Assembly (NCBI GenBank): GCA_045546615.1
Contig: JAZQDD010000028.1
Span: forward strand, 5,626-69,625
DNA length: 64,000 nt
Source: Eubacteriales bacterium
GTDB lineage: Bacteria > Bacillota > Clostridia > Oscillospirales > CAG-272
Reading direction: 5' to 3'
Below are positions 7,596 through 17,341 of this stretch, in pieces; position 1 is the stretch's first letter, and the number at the start of each line of letters is the position of its first letter. Made by a program: the position numbers and the translations under genes. The notes under the pieces were generated by a model, which was not told where the DNA came from, made no database searches, and worked only from the letters and a program-made list of their open reading frames with translations.

Positions 7596-9353
7596 TTGCC
7601 CGAGCTTTTAGCTCCCGCAGGCTCTCCCGCCGCGCTCACCGCCGCGCTGAAAGCGGGCGCTGACGCAGTTTATCTCGGCGCAGGCTCGTTCAACGCGCGT
7701 ATCAACGCAAAAAACTTTACCCTTGAAAACCTACCCCACGCCGTAGCGGAGGCGCACGAGGCCGGCGCGAAGCTCTATCTGACGCTCAACACCCTCGTTT
7801 ACGACCGCGAGATGCGCGATTGGCTCGCCACGGCAGAGGCGGCGTACCTTGCGGGAGTGGATGCCCTTATCGTTGCGGACCTCGGCGGAGCTATGGCTCT
7901 GCGGCGCACCTTTCCCGATATGCCGCTTCACGCCAGCACGCAGATGTCGGGGCATAACGTCGACGCCGCGCGCCGTCTTGCCGCTCTCGGATTTGAGAGA
8001 ATGGTGCTTGCACGCGAGCTTTCCGCAGACAATATAGCCGAATTTTGCAAAAACTCCCCCATAGAGGCAGAGGTGTTCGTCCACGGTGCGCTGTGCGTTT
8101 GCCACTCGGGACAATGCCTGTTTTCCTCAATTGTCGGCGGACGTTCGGGAAACCGAGGCGAATGCGCCCAACCCTGCCGTCTGCCGTACACCACGGCGCA
8201 GGGCAAGGGATATCCGTTGAGCCTTAAAGACCTATCGCTTGCCGAGCACCTGCCGCGCCTTATCGACGCGGGCGTTGCCTCGCTGAAGATAGAGGGAAGA
8301 ATGAACGCGCCCGAATACGTTGCGGCGGTGACGGCAGTATGGCGAAATCTGCTTGACGAGCGACGCGCCGCCACGGAGCGCGAGATGCGCTATCTCGCAA
8401 ACGTTTTTTCACGCTCGGGCTTTACCGACGGCTATTATACCGAAAACATTTCACGGCGGATGCTCGGAGTGAGGACCGAGTCCGACAAGGCGAGAAGCTC
8501 CGCATCCGATATAAAAATCAAAAAAACCGAACGGCGCACCGCACTGCCCACGCGCACGGACGGCGGCTCACGCGCCGCCGCATACGAAAAGCATGCACCC
8601 GAAGGAAAACGTAAGCTTATAAGGACCGCATATTTTTCCTCCCCCCGACAGTACACGTCGGCGGCACGGGACTTTTTCGACCTTGCCTTTATACCCGCCG
8701 AGCAATACGCCGCCGCGGTGAGCGCGGGGATACGCTTTGACGGCGTAGCCCTGCCGCCCGTTATCCCCGACAGCGAAAAAAGCGAGGTGGCGGTACTTCT
8801 TGATTCCGCAAAGCGCACAGGCGCACGCCACGCCCTTGTCGGCAATGTCGGTCATATTGACCTATGCCTTGAGGCAGGTCTTATCCCGCACGGCGACTTC
8901 CGCCTTAACGTATGCAACGCGGAGACTGCCGCGGCGCTTGAGGCTCTCGGCTTTTCCGATTTCATCCTCTCCCCCGAGCTTACCCTGCCGAGGATACGCG
9001 ACATCGGCGGAGACAGCCGAGCCGTAGTATACGGCAGACTGCCGCTGATGATAACCGAAAAATGCGTGGGTAAGGAGTGCGGCACTTGCCGTGACTGCGA
9101 AAACGGCAAAGCGTGCCTTACCGACAGAGTGGGCAAAAAATTCCCCGTACTGCGCGTTTTCCGCCACCGTTCGATGATAGTAAATTCCCTGCCGACATAT
9201 ATGGGCGACTGCCCCGCGGAGCTTCGCTCCGCAGGCATCGCGGGCGAGCACTATATCTTCACCGTTGAATCTCCGCGTGAGGTCGACCGCATAATAGACG
9301 CGCGCCTGAGAAACGCCCCCATCGGAGCTTGCCGGCGAATACCAAAAAAATAA
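7596..9353 (+). CDS. U32 family peptidase-like protein (long form, 585 aa)
   Basis: It has the PELLAPAGSPAALTAALKAGADAVYLG N-terminus and the Cys cluster HGALCVCHSGQCLFSS...GECAQPCR. The start codon is uncertain: TTG at 7596 has a poor RBS, while in-frame ATT at 7581 lies 6 nt after agggggag. Confidence 0.8.
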   Translation: MPELLAPAGSPAALTAALKAGADAVYLGAGSFNARINAKNFTLENLPHAVAEAHEAGAKLYLTLNTLVYDREMRDWLATAEAAYLAGVDALIVADLGGAMALRRTFPDMPLHASTQMSGHNVDAARRLAALGFERMVLARELSADNIAEFCKNSPIEAEVFVHGALCVCHSGQCLFSSIVGGRSGNRGECAQPCRLPYTTAQGKGYPLSLKDLSLAEHLPRLIDAGVASLKIEGRMNAPEYVAAVTAVWRNLLDERRAATEREMRYLANVFSRSGFTDGYYTENISRRMLGVRTESDKARSSASDIKIKKTERRTALPTRTDGGSRAAAYEKHAPEGKRKLIRTAYFSSPRQYTSAARDFFDLAFIPAEQYAAAVSAGIRFDGVALPPVIPDSEKSEVAVLLDSAKRTGARHALVGNVGHIDLCLEAGLIPHGDFRLNVCNAETAAALEALGFSDFILSPELTLPRIRDIGGDSRAVVYGRLPLMITEKCVGKECGTCRDCENGKACLTDRVGKKFPVLRVFRHRSMIVNSLPTYMGDCPAELRSAGIAGEHYIFTVESPREVDRIIDARLRNAPIGACRRIPKK

Positions 9354-9366
9354 TAAGGAACTGAAA

Positions 9367-10467
9367 ATGAAAACTCTGAAAAAATTCACAGACGCGATTG
9401 CGATATGCCTTGCCGTCCTCGCGTTGATATACGTTATGACGAACTATCTCTCATTCGACTTTACCAAGTACGATGAAAAATACAGCGAAGACGCCATTCT
9501 CGAACGAGAAGAGGAAGAAGCTGATATGCCCGAGGAGCAACGGGAGGAAGTGCTCTCAAAAACCGAATACTTCTTACGCCAATCTCCCGAAAGCAAGGAT
9601 TACTTTATCCTTGCCGTCCTGCTCTTGGTCTCGGGCGGTCTCGGATTTCTCCTGCACCGTTTCAGCGGAGTGTCCTTGGTGCTGTCGACACTGCCGATAT
9701 GCTACGCCATGATGCTGTTTGACGCGGACAAGCTGATAAAATACCCCCTGACCGTCATAACCCTCTCGCTCTCGCATTGCGTGGGTGCAATAGTCTTTGC
9801 CGCCGCAAAAAGCAGGCAGGAGCCAACGCTTGCATGCCCTGCGGGCGGTATTGCGTGCGGCATTCTCGCCGCTATCGGCGGAATGTACACCGTTCATTTG
9901 CAAAATATCGTAAGCTCCACGGCGGGATACGTTCATTTTCTTGACGAAAACGCCATTACCATCCCGCAAAATATGCGCCCGATAAAGCACATCGTTGAGT
10001 CCGTATACTTCCGCGCCACACGCGGTGACTGGAAAATGGCAAGCGATATGATATCGAATTTCCGCGATGATATTTCCGACAACACGGCGGTGCGCCTCGT
10101 CTACGACACGGTAAACACCACGCAAAGCGCAGACTATAAGCGCCTTGTGCTTGTAATATTCGCCGCCGCAGTCCTCTCCCTCGCCTTTGTTATCCTGCGC
10201 AAGCGCGGCGCGGCGGCGGCTGTCGCGGCAATTCCCGCCGTATACGTTTTCATACTTCTCCTGCTCGGAAGAATAACCACACTCATACTGCCGATAGCGC
10301 TCCTTTGCCTCATCATGGCAACAGCCGTCGGCGCGTACCGCGATGCCGAGGACGAAACTCCCGTTCCCGAGCTTGAACAAGAGGAATACGAAGCCTATAT
10401 CGCGGAACAAACAGACGATGATCCCCCCGCGTTTGAGCCGCAGAAGGACGAGATATTTTATAACTGA
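9367..10467 (+). CDS. Multi-pass membrane protein of unknown function with acidic N- and C-terminal segments
   Basis: The 366-aa ORF has an aagga RBS and several hydrophobic helices. I did not recognise any family motif. Confidence 0.6.
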   Translation: MKTLKKFTDAIAICLAVLALIYVMTNYLSFDFTKYDEKYSEDAILEREEEEADMPEEQREEVLSKTEYFLRQSPESKDYFILAVLLLVSGGLGFLLHRFSGVSLVLSTLPICYAMMLFDADKLIKYPLTVITLSLSHCVGAIVFAAAKSRQEPTLACPAGGIACGILAAIGGMYTVHLQNIVSSTAGYVHFLDENAITIPQNMRPIKHIVESVYFRATRGDWKMASDMISNFRDDISDNTAVRLVYDTVNTTQSADYKRLVLVIFAAAVLSLAFVILRKRGAAAAVAAIPAVYVFILLLLGRITTLILPIALLCLIMATAVGAYRDAEDETPVPELEQEEYEAYIAEQTDDDPPAFEPQKDEIFYN

Positions 10468-10534
10468 ACCTTCTTATTTATTGCACGGCGGCGTATAATT
10501 CCGCATTTTTCCGATTTATCCTCAAACTTTTTTG

Positions 10535-10563
10535 AATGTCCGCCAAAAAGGCGGACATTTTTC
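10535..10563 (+). terminator. Intrinsic terminator
   Basis: The hairpin is aatgtccgcc-aaaaa-ggcggacatt followed by a T run. Confidence 0.75.
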
Positions 10564-10685
10564 ATCAAAATCTCTTTACTTTTGCCGCAAAAAGTGTTAT
10601 TATATAGAGTGGTGTGAAGAAAATCTTCATATCTTATAAAAGTAGGTTTTAAAAAAACAAAATATAAAACGGAGGAACAAAAAAC

Positions 10686-13600
10686 ATGGCTATCAAACGT
10701 CAAAAGATTTCCATGGACGGTAACACCGCCGCCGCGCACGTTTCGTACGCGTTCACCGAGGTTGCCGCAATCTACCCCATTACCCCTTCCAGCCCTATGG
10801 CTGAAATTACCGACACCTGGTCCGCAGTTGACAAGAACCTTCTTGGCAAGCCCGCCCGCAACATCTTCGGCGAGCGCGTTCAGGTTATGGAGATGCAGTC
10901 CGAGGCAGGTGCCGCAGGCGCAGTTCACGGTTCTCTTGCCGCAGGTGCGCTTACCACCACCTACACCGCTTCGCAGGGACTTCTCCTTATGATCCCCAAC
11001 ATGTACAAGATCGCCGGCGAGCTTCTTCCCGGTGTTATCCACGTTTCCGCGCGTTGCGTAGCTTCCCACGCGCTGAACATCTTCGGTGACCACTCCGACG
11101 TTTATGCCTGCCGCCAGACCGGTTACGCTATGATGGCTGAAACCAACCAGCAGGAGACCATGGACCTCGGCGCAGTTGCCCACCTTGCTTCCATCAAGGG
11201 CAGAGTTCCCGTACTCAACTTCTTCGACGGTTTCCGTACCTCTCATGAGATCCAGAAGATCGAGGCTTGGGACGTTGAGGACCTCAAGGAAATGGTTGAT
11301 TGGGACTCCATCAACGCTTTCCGCGCTCGCTCCATCAACCCCGAGCATCCCGTACTCCGCGGCTCCGCAGAGAACGGCGACATCTTCTTCCAGCACCGCG
11401 AGGCTTGCAACACCTACTATAACAACTTCCCCGCTATCGTCGAGGAGTACATGGACAAGGTCAACGCAAAGCTCGGTACTAACTACAAGCTCTTCAACTA
11501 CTACGGCGCTCCCGATGCTGACCGCGTTATCATCGCTATGGGCTCCGTTTGTGACGTTGCAGAGGAAGTTATCGACTACATGAACGCTCACGGCGAGAAG
11601 GTCGGTCTTGTTAAGGTAAGACTTTACCGTCCTTTCCGCGCTGATAAGCTCATTGAGGCTATCCCCGCTACCGTTAAGTCCATCGCAGTTCTTGACAGAA
11701 CCAAAGAGCCCGGCTCTCTCGGCGAGCCCCTCTACCTTGACGTTGTTACCTCTCTCGCACAGAGCGGCAAGACCGGTATCAAGGTTGTTGGCGGACGTTA
11801 CGGTCTCGGCTCCAAGGACACCACTCCCGCTTCCATCTTCGCAGTTTACGAGAACCTCGCAGCAGCTGCTCCCAAGAACAGCTTCACCATCGGCATCGTT
11901 GACGACGTTACCGGTCTTTCCCTTGAGGAAAAGCCCTGCCCCGACACCGCTGCCGCAGGTACTGTTTCCTGCAAGTTCTGGGGTCTCGGCGGCGACGGAA
12001 CCGTTGGCGCAAACAAGAACTCCATCAAGATCATCGGTGACCACACCGACAAGAATATTCAGGCATACTTCCAGTATGACTCCAAGAAGACTCTTGGTAT
12101 CACCATCTCGCACCTGCGCTTCGGTGATGCTCCCATCAAGAGCCCCTACTACATCAACAAGGCTGATTTCGTTGCTTGCCACAACAAGTCATACCTTAAC
12201 AAGTACGATATGGTTCAGGACGTTAAGCCCGGCGGCACGTTCCTCCTTGACTGCAACTGGTCGGTAGACGAGCTTGACGCTCACCTCCCCTCCGCTGTTA
12301 AGCAGTACATCGCAAAGAACAACATTAACTTCTACATAATCGACGGTACGGGTATCGCCCTCAACCGCATCGGTAACGGTAAGGTTAAGAACACCGTTCT
12401 TCAGTCCGCATTCTTCTCTCTCGCAGGCATCCTTCCCAAGGAAGACGCTATCGAGTACATGAAGAAGATGGCATACAAGTCCTACATCAAGAAGGGACAG
12501 GCTATCGTTGACCTCAACTACAACGCTATCGACGCAGGCGCTGACGCTTACGTTAAGGTAGACGTTCCCGCAGCTTGGGCAACTTGCGCAGATGATGCTC
12601 CCGCAGCTCTCGCAACCGGCAAGCGCGCAGACCTCGTTGACTTCGTTAACAACATCGCTTCCCCCGTTGGCGCTATGCGCGGTGACTCCCTCCCCGTATC
12701 CGCATTCGTGGATTACGTTGACGGTACGTTCCCGCAGGGTTCTGCCGCTTACGAGAAGAGAGGCGTTGCAGTTTCCGTTCCCTCTTGGGACGCTTCCAAG
12801 TGCGTACAGTGTAATATGTGTTCCTTCGTTTGCCCCCACGCCGCTATCAGACCTTACGCTCTGAACGCTGACGAGGCTGCAAACGCTCCCGCTTGCACCA
12901 AGTACACCGACAAGCCCGCACTTAAGACCGACTACAAGTTCACCATCGGCATCTCCACCCTTGACTGTATGGGTTGTACCCTCTGCGTTAAGGCGTGCAA
13001 GCTCGGTTGCCTCACCATGGTTCCCGCAGCTACCGTTGCAGAGCAGCAGGAAGCTTTCGACTACTGCGTAGCTAACGTTTCCGAGAAGGAACTTCCCTAC
13101 GGGGATAACACTGTTAAGGGCAGCCAGTTCAAGCAGCCCCTGCTTGAGTTCTCCGGCTCTTGCGCAGGTTGTGCCGAGACCTCTTACGCTCGCCTTATCA
13201 CACAGCTCTTCGGCGAGAGAATGTACATCTCCAATGCGACCGGATGCTCCTCTATCTGGGGCGGCTCCGCACCCGCAACGCCTTACACCGTAAACCGCGA
13301 AAGCGGCAAGGGTCCCGCTTGGGCTAACTCCCTCTTCGAGGACAACGCCGAGCACGGTCTTGGTATGGCTCTCGGACAGAAGGCTATCCGCGAGAAGCTC
13401 ATCGCAAAGGTTACCGAGATGGCAGCTTCCGACAAGGCTTCCGACTCCTTCAAGGCGGCAGCCGAGGCTTACCTTGCAACCAAGGACGACGGCAAGGCTA
13501 ACACCGCCGCTACCAAGGCTCTCGTTGCAGAGCTTGAGGCTGCAGCAGCCGCAGGCTGCCCCGTTGCTCCCGCTATCCTTGCTGAAAAGGATTACCTCGC

Positions 13601-14258
13601 TAAGAAGTCCGTTTGGATCTTCGGTGGCGACGGTTGGGCATACGATATCGGATTTGGCGGTCTTGACCACGTTCTCGCATCGGGCGAGGATGTAAACGTT
13701 ATGGTATTTGATACCGAGGTTTACTCCAACACGGGCGGACAGGCTTCCAAGGCTTCCCAGATCGGTCAGGTTGCACAGTTCGCAGCCGCAGGTAAGGCAA
13801 TCGGCAAGAAGAACCTTGCAGAGATCGCTATGTCCTACGGTTACGTATACGTAGCACAGGTTGCTATGGGCGCTGATATGAACCAGTTCCTCAAGGCTCT
13901 CTCCGAGGCTGAGGCTTACAACGGACCTTCCCTCATTATCGGTTACGCTCCTTGTGAGATGCACGGTATCAAGGGTGGTATGTTCAACAGCCAGCTCGAG
14001 ATGAAGAGAGCGGTTGACGCAGGCTACTGGCAGATGTTCCGTTACAACCCTGCCCTCAAGGCAGACGGCAAGAATCCTCTTACTGTGGATTCCAAGGAGC
14101 CTACCGCAAGCTACCGCGACTTTATCACCAGCGAAACTCGTTACAGCAGACTTGCACAGCAGTTCCCCGACAGAGCCGAGGCGCTCTTCGAGAAGGCAGA
14201 AGGTGCCGCAAAGGACAAGTACGAGAGACTTATCAAGTACGGCAAGCTGTTTGACTAA
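10686..14258 (+). CDS. nifJ: Pyruvate:ferredoxin (flavodoxin) oxidoreductase
   Basis: The 1190-aa protein has the MDGNTAAAHVSYAFTEVAAIYPITPSSPMAE N-terminus. It has two 4Fe-4S ferredoxin motifs (CVQCNMCSFVCPH, CMGCTLCVKAC) and the TPP-binding GGDGWAYDIGFGG. Confidence 0.97.
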   Translation: MAIKRQKISMDGNTAAAHVSYAFTEVAAIYPITPSSPMAEITDTWSAVDKNLLGKPARNIFGERVQVMEMQSEAGAAGAVHGSLAAGALTTTYTASQGLLLMIPNMYKIAGELLPGVIHVSARCVASHALNIFGDHSDVYACRQTGYAMMAETNQQETMDLGAVAHLASIKGRVPVLNFFDGFRTSHEIQKIEAWDVEDLKEMVDWDSINAFRARSINPEHPVLRGSAENGDIFFQHREACNTYYNNFPAIVEEYMDKVNAKLGTNYKLFNYYGAPDADRVIIAMGSVCDVAEEVIDYMNAHGEKVGLVKVRLYRPFRADKLIEAIPATVKSIAVLDRTKEPGSLGEPLYLDVVTSLAQSGKTGIKVVGGRYGLGSKDTTPASIFAVYENLAAAAPKNSFTIGIVDDVTGLSLEEKPCPDTAAAGTVSCKFWGLGGDGTVGANKNSIKIIGDHTDKNIQAYFQYDSKKTLGITISHLRFGDAPIKSPYYINKADFVACHNKSYLNKYDMVQDVKPGGTFLLDCNWSVDELDAHLPSAVKQYIAKNNINFYIIDGTGIALNRIGNGKVKNTVLQSAFFSLAGILPKEDAIEYMKKMAYKSYIKKGQAIVDLNYNAIDAGADAYVKVDVPAAWATCADDAPAALATGKRADLVDFVNNIASPVGAMRGDSLPVSAFVDYVDGTFPQGSAAYEKRGVAVSVPSWDASKCVQCNMCSFVCPHAAIRPYALNADEAANAPACTKYTDKPALKTDYKFTIGISTLDCMGCTLCVKACKLGCLTMVPAATVAEQQEAFDYCVANVSEKELPYGDNTVKGSQFKQPLLEFSGSCAGCAETSYARLITQLFGERMYISNATGCSSIWGGSAPATPYTVNRESGKGPAWANSLFEDNAEHGLGMALGQKAIREKLIAKVTEMAASDKASDSFKAAAEAYLATKDDGKANTAATKALVAELEAAAAAGCPVAPAILAEKDYLAKKSVWIFGGDGWAYDIGFGGLDHVLASGEDVNVMVFDTEVYSNTGGQASKASQIGQVAQFAAAGKAIGKKNLAEIAMSYGYVYVAQVAMGADMNQFLKALSEAEAYNGPSLIIGYAPCEMHGIKGGMFNSQLEMKRAVDAGYWQMFRYNPALKADGKNPLTVDSKEPTASYRDFITSETRYSRLAQQFPDRAEALFEKAEGAAKDKYERLIKYGKLFD

Positions 14259-14272
14259 TAAAAAACAAAAAG

Positions 14273-14300
14273 TGGGCGCGGAATACCGCGCCCATCTTTA
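14273..14300 (+). terminator. Intrinsic terminator after nifJ (weak T tract)
   Basis: The hairpin is tgggcgcg-gaatac-cgcgccca followed by tcttta. Confidence 0.5.
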
Positions 14301-14313
14301 TTAAGGAAAAAAT

Positions 14314-15105
14314 ATGGAATATAAAAATTCTGGCGGCGTGGTGTTTGCCTATTCGCCGCTTATCGACGTACCGCACGGCTTTTCGACAAGGCTCGGCGGC
14401 GTGAGCGAGGCGGCGCACACGTCAGCCCTCAATCTTGCCTTTGATAAGGGCGACGAGCGCGAAACGGTTCTTCAGAACCTCACACTTTTTGCCGCCGCCG
14501 TTGGCGTGGACGAAAAAAGCATAATTTCCGCGCCGCAGATACACTCCGCCACCGTCATGCGCGTGAGCGCCGCTGATGCGGGAAAAGGATATTTTTGCGA
14601 ATGCAACTTCTCATGTGACGGCTATATCGCCACGGAGCGCGGCATCACCATCGGTGTCAAGACCGCGGACTGCGTGCCGATACTGATGTGTGCCAAAAAA
14701 GGCGGCGAAACGCGCGCCGTTTGCGCCCTGCACGCAGGCTGGCGCGGCACGTCGGCAAGGATAGTCGAGGCGGCGCTCGGTGAGCTTTTCGCCCTCGGCT
14801 TTGCGCCGAGTGATATCTACGCCGCGATAGGACCGTCAATAGGAAGCTGTTGCTACGAGGTAGGCGAGGACTTTTACGCCGCATTTGACGAAGAACTACG
14901 GCAAAAATTTGTTATCCCGACGGGAAACGGCAAATATCGCGCCGACTTGCGCGCGGCAAACCTCGCGCTCTTTGAGGCGGCCGGCGTGCCGAGGCAAAAC
15001 GTAGACGTGAGCGAGGATTGCACCTACTGCCGCGCCGACCTCTACTACTCACACCGCCGCCAAAACGGCACGCGCGGCTCAATGCTGTCTGTAATTGCAT
15101 TATAA
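14314..15105 (+). CDS. pgeF: Peptidoglycan editing factor PgeF (YfiH/laccase-domain family)
   Basis: It has the HGFSTRLGGVS, ADCVPI and ALHAGWRGT motifs. Confidence 0.85.
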   Translation: MEYKNSGGVVFAYSPLIDVPHGFSTRLGGVSEAAHTSALNLAFDKGDERETVLQNLTLFAAAVGVDEKSIISAPQIHSATVMRVSAADAGKGYFCECNFSCDGYIATERGITIGVKTADCVPILMCAKKGGETRAVCALHAGWRGTSARIVEAALGELFALGFAPSDIYAAIGPSIGSCCYEVGEDFYAAFDEELRQKFVIPTGNGKYRADLRAANLALFEAAGVPRQNVDVSEDCTYCRADLYYSHRRQNGTRGSMLSVIAL

Positions 15106-15132
15106 AAAGCGGAAATTTTTTCCGCTTTTTTA
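15105..15132 (+). terminator. Intrinsic terminator
   Basis: The hairpin is aaaagcggaa-attttt-tccgctttttt. Confidence 0.75.
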
Positions 15133-15227
15133 TTTTTCGCGCATAACGGCGGTGGGAATGGGAAAGAATAAAATGTAACTATCGAAAAGGCAAGGGTACT
15201 TCTACATATCAACAAAGGAGTACGAAA

Positions 15228-15911
15228 ATGAAAACGAAAACCACTATTCATAATACAAACTACTGCCGCCTTTGCCTTATTCCGATAATGCTCGCCGCCG
15301 TTATGATACTGTCAGCGGCTTGCTCCGCGGGCGCGAAAAAGGATGACGTATATGAGCGAGTTTTGCGCCTGCACGTCATCGCAAACTCAAACAGCGAAGC
15401 AGACCAAGCGCTGAAATACGAGGTGCGCGACGCCGTCCTTGCCGCTACGCGCGATATGCTTGCGGATTGTTCCGACAAGAAAGACGCGGTAGAACGAGTC
15501 AACGCCTCGCGCTCGCTTATTCTTGATGCCGCCGAAAAAACACTTTCGCTCGGCGGTGCGGACTACGGCGCGGATATGCTCGTAGGTCAGGAAAACTACC
15601 CCGAGCGCGTATATGAGGGCGCGGCGTATCCTGCGGGGGAATACACCTCGGTGCGCATTGTTCTCGGTGAGGGCAAGGGTGAAAATTGGTGGTGTGTGCT
15701 GTTCCCGCCGCTTTGTCTGTCTGCCGCACTTGAGCAAAAGGCAGACGCCACACTTCCCCTTTCACCTGCCGACAGCCTCGCCGCCCCCGAGGACGCCGTC
15801 GAGGTCGGCATAACCGACAAACAGTACGGCATCATCACCGAAACGCAAAACACCCCCAAATACCGCCTGAAATTCAAGCTTTTCGAGCTTATAGCGGAGC
15901 TGTTTGAGTAA
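15228..15911 (+). CDS. spoIIR: Stage II sporulation protein R
   Basis: It has the LRLHVIANSNSEADQALKYEVRDAVL and WWCVLFPPLC signatures and an N-terminal signal/anchor. Confidence 0.85.
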   Translation: MKTKTTIHNTNYCRLCLIPIMLAAVMILSAACSAGAKKDDVYERVLRLHVIANSNSEADQALKYEVRDAVLAATRDMLADCSDKKDAVERVNASRSLILDAAEKTLSLGGADYGADMLVGQENYPERVYEGAAYPAGEYTSVRIVLGEGKGENWWCVLFPPLCLSAALEQKADATLPLSPADSLAAPEDAVEVGITDKQYGIITETQNTPKYRLKFKLFELIAELFE

Positions 15912-15948
15912 AAAAACGCGCTTATGGCAAGCCATAAGCGCGTTTTTT
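15911..15948. terminator. Bidirectional intrinsic terminator
   Basis: The hairpin aaaaaacgcgcttatggc-aa-gccataagcgcgtttttt sits between convergent genes. Confidence 0.85.
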
Positions 15949-15956
15949 ACTAAAAA

Positions 15957-16193
15957 TCAATCTTCCTCAAGCTCGTCAAAATAATCCCTATCGAAAAACT
16001 CCGACAAGGTAATTCCCGCGCCCTCGCAAAATCGCTTTATCGTAATGACTTTAGAGCATTTTGTTCTGCCTTTAATAAGATCATAGATAGCGGAAGGCGA
16101 CATTCCGCCACTCAACGCGATATCGCATATATTACTACCGCGTTCATCACAAATCTCATCTATCCGCCTAATGATAGCATCATTTAATTTCAT
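15957..16193 (-). CDS. XRE-family HTH transcriptional regulator (78 aa)
   Basis: The 78-aa ORF has HTH-like segments: NICDIALSGGMSPSAIYDLIKGRT and the C-terminal ITIKRFCEGAGITLSEFF. Confidence 0.7.
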   Translation of the reverse strand: MKLNDAIIRRIDEICDERGSNICDIALSGGMSPSAIYDLIKGRTKCSKVITIKRFCEGAGITLSEFFDRDYFDELEED

Positions 16194-16213
16194 AACCGTA
16201 TCCTACCTATATT

Positions 16214-16229
16214 TTGTGGAGTTCCACAA
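16214..16229. promoter_or_regulatory. Candidate autoregulatory operator (perfect palindrome)
   Basis: The palindrome ttgtgga-gt-tccacaa lies 21 nt upstream of the start codon of the XRE gene. Confidence 0.4.
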
Positions 16230-16357
16230 TTATTATAGATAAACACCAAAGAGGGACGAGATTTTCTCGTCCCCTTTGCACACAACCTTGCCCTACAAGG
16301 TGTTGCGCGTTATACTGTCTTTTGCTTTCGGTTGGTGAAGAATTTTTTCAAGTTTAG

Positions 16358-16485
16358 AGTTATGAGGTTCGCTTTGCTCAGCGTTATGAATTTGCTACGC
16401 AAATGCTATGATATGATTGCCCGTCTGACTTCAACTTGGGCGTAGCCCAATCATAACTATGCAAAGCATATCATCACTCATAACT
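16358..16485. repeat. 128-nt imperfect inverted repeat (long hairpin), followed by two further hairpins up to 16537
   Basis: The arm segments are nested and complementary: agttatgag(16358)/ctcataact(16477), gctttgc(16371)/gcaaagc(16461), gttatga(16383)/tcataac(16451) and gctacgc(16394)/gcgtagc(16440). Further hairpins are ttgcccc-tt-ggggcaa (16486-16500) and cggcaaacctgc-tttatc-gcaggttgccg (16509-16537), followed by a T7 run at 16547-16553. Confidence 0.7.
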
Positions 16486-16559
16486 TGCCCCTTGGGGCAA
16501 TCATAGTTCGGCAAACCTGCTTTATCGCAGGTTGCCGCTGCGGCTCTTTTTTTATTTAC

Positions 16560-17327
16560 TTACTGTGCGGCGTCGACGATAGCGGCGAATTTTGCGGGAA
16601 CAAGGGATGCTCCGCCGATAAGTCCGCCGTCAACGTTGGGCTTTGCAAGAAGTTCAGCCGCGTTTGCGTCGTTCATAGAACCACCGTACTGGATGGTAAC
16701 GCTCTCGGCAACCTCTGCTCCGTAAAGCTCAACGAGCACGTTACGGATAGCGGCGCAGGTCTCCTCTGCCTGCTCGGGAGTAGCGGTAAGTCCAGTACCG
16801 ATTGCCCATACGGGCTCGTAAGCGATGATAACGTTCTTAAGCTGCTCTGCGGTAATACCTGCAAGGTCGAGCTTGGTCTGCATTCCAACCACCTCGTTGG
16901 TGATGCCCGAAAGTCTCTGCTCCTTGACCTCGCCAAGGCAAAGAATGACCTTCATGCCTGCCTCGAGAGCCGCCTTGGTACGGAGGTTTACGGTCTCGTC
17001 GGTCTCACCGAAATACTGACGTCTCTCGCTGTGACCGATGATAACGTACTCAACGCCGATAGCGGTGAGCATCTCGGCGCTAACCTCGCCCGTGTATGCG
17101 CCCTTGGGTGCGAAATGTACGTTCTCCGCGCCGATCTTGATGTTAGAACCCTCGGCAGCCTCCATAGCTGCGGCGATGGTTACGTAGGGAGCGCAGAAAA
17201 TAATATCACAATTATCCTTGCCTGCAACGAGGGGCTTTACGCCTGCGATAAACTCACGCGCCTGGGCGGGAGTGAAGTTCATCTTCCAGTTGCCTGCAAT
17301 AACAGTTCTTCTCTTTGCGGGATTCAT
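16560..17327 (-). CDS. tpiA: Triose-phosphate isomerase
   Basis: It has RRTVIAGNWKMN, IGHSERR and AYEPVWAIGTG. I prefer the ATG at 17327 (MNPAKRR, RBS gaggtga) over the track start at 17360, which overlaps pgk. Confidence 0.95.
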   Translation of the reverse strand: MNPAKRRTVIAGNWKMNFTPAQAREFIAGVKPLVAGKDNCDIIFCAPYVTIAAAMEAAEGSNIKIGAENVHFAPKGAYTGEVSAEMLTAIGVEYVIIGHSERRQYFGETDETVNLRTKAALEAGMKVILCLGEVKEQRLSGITNEVVGMQTKLDLAGITAEQLKNVIIAYEPVWAIGTGLTATPEQAEETCAAIRNVLVELYGAEVAESVTIQYGGSMNDANAAELLAKPNVDGGLIGGASLVPAKFAAIVDAAQ

Positions 17328-17341
17328 ATCTTTCACCTCAA

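Noticed and set aside
10458-13964. Two very long minus-strand ORFs (574 and 591 aa) lie antisense to nifJ.
   Set aside because: The plus strand encodes an unmistakable pyruvate:ferredoxin oxidoreductase. The antisense translations are low-complexity (rich in V, G, L, N, S), have no recognisable motifs and lack RBS context. Long shadow ORFs are expected when a highly expressed GC3-biased gene avoids the codons TTA, CTA and TCA.
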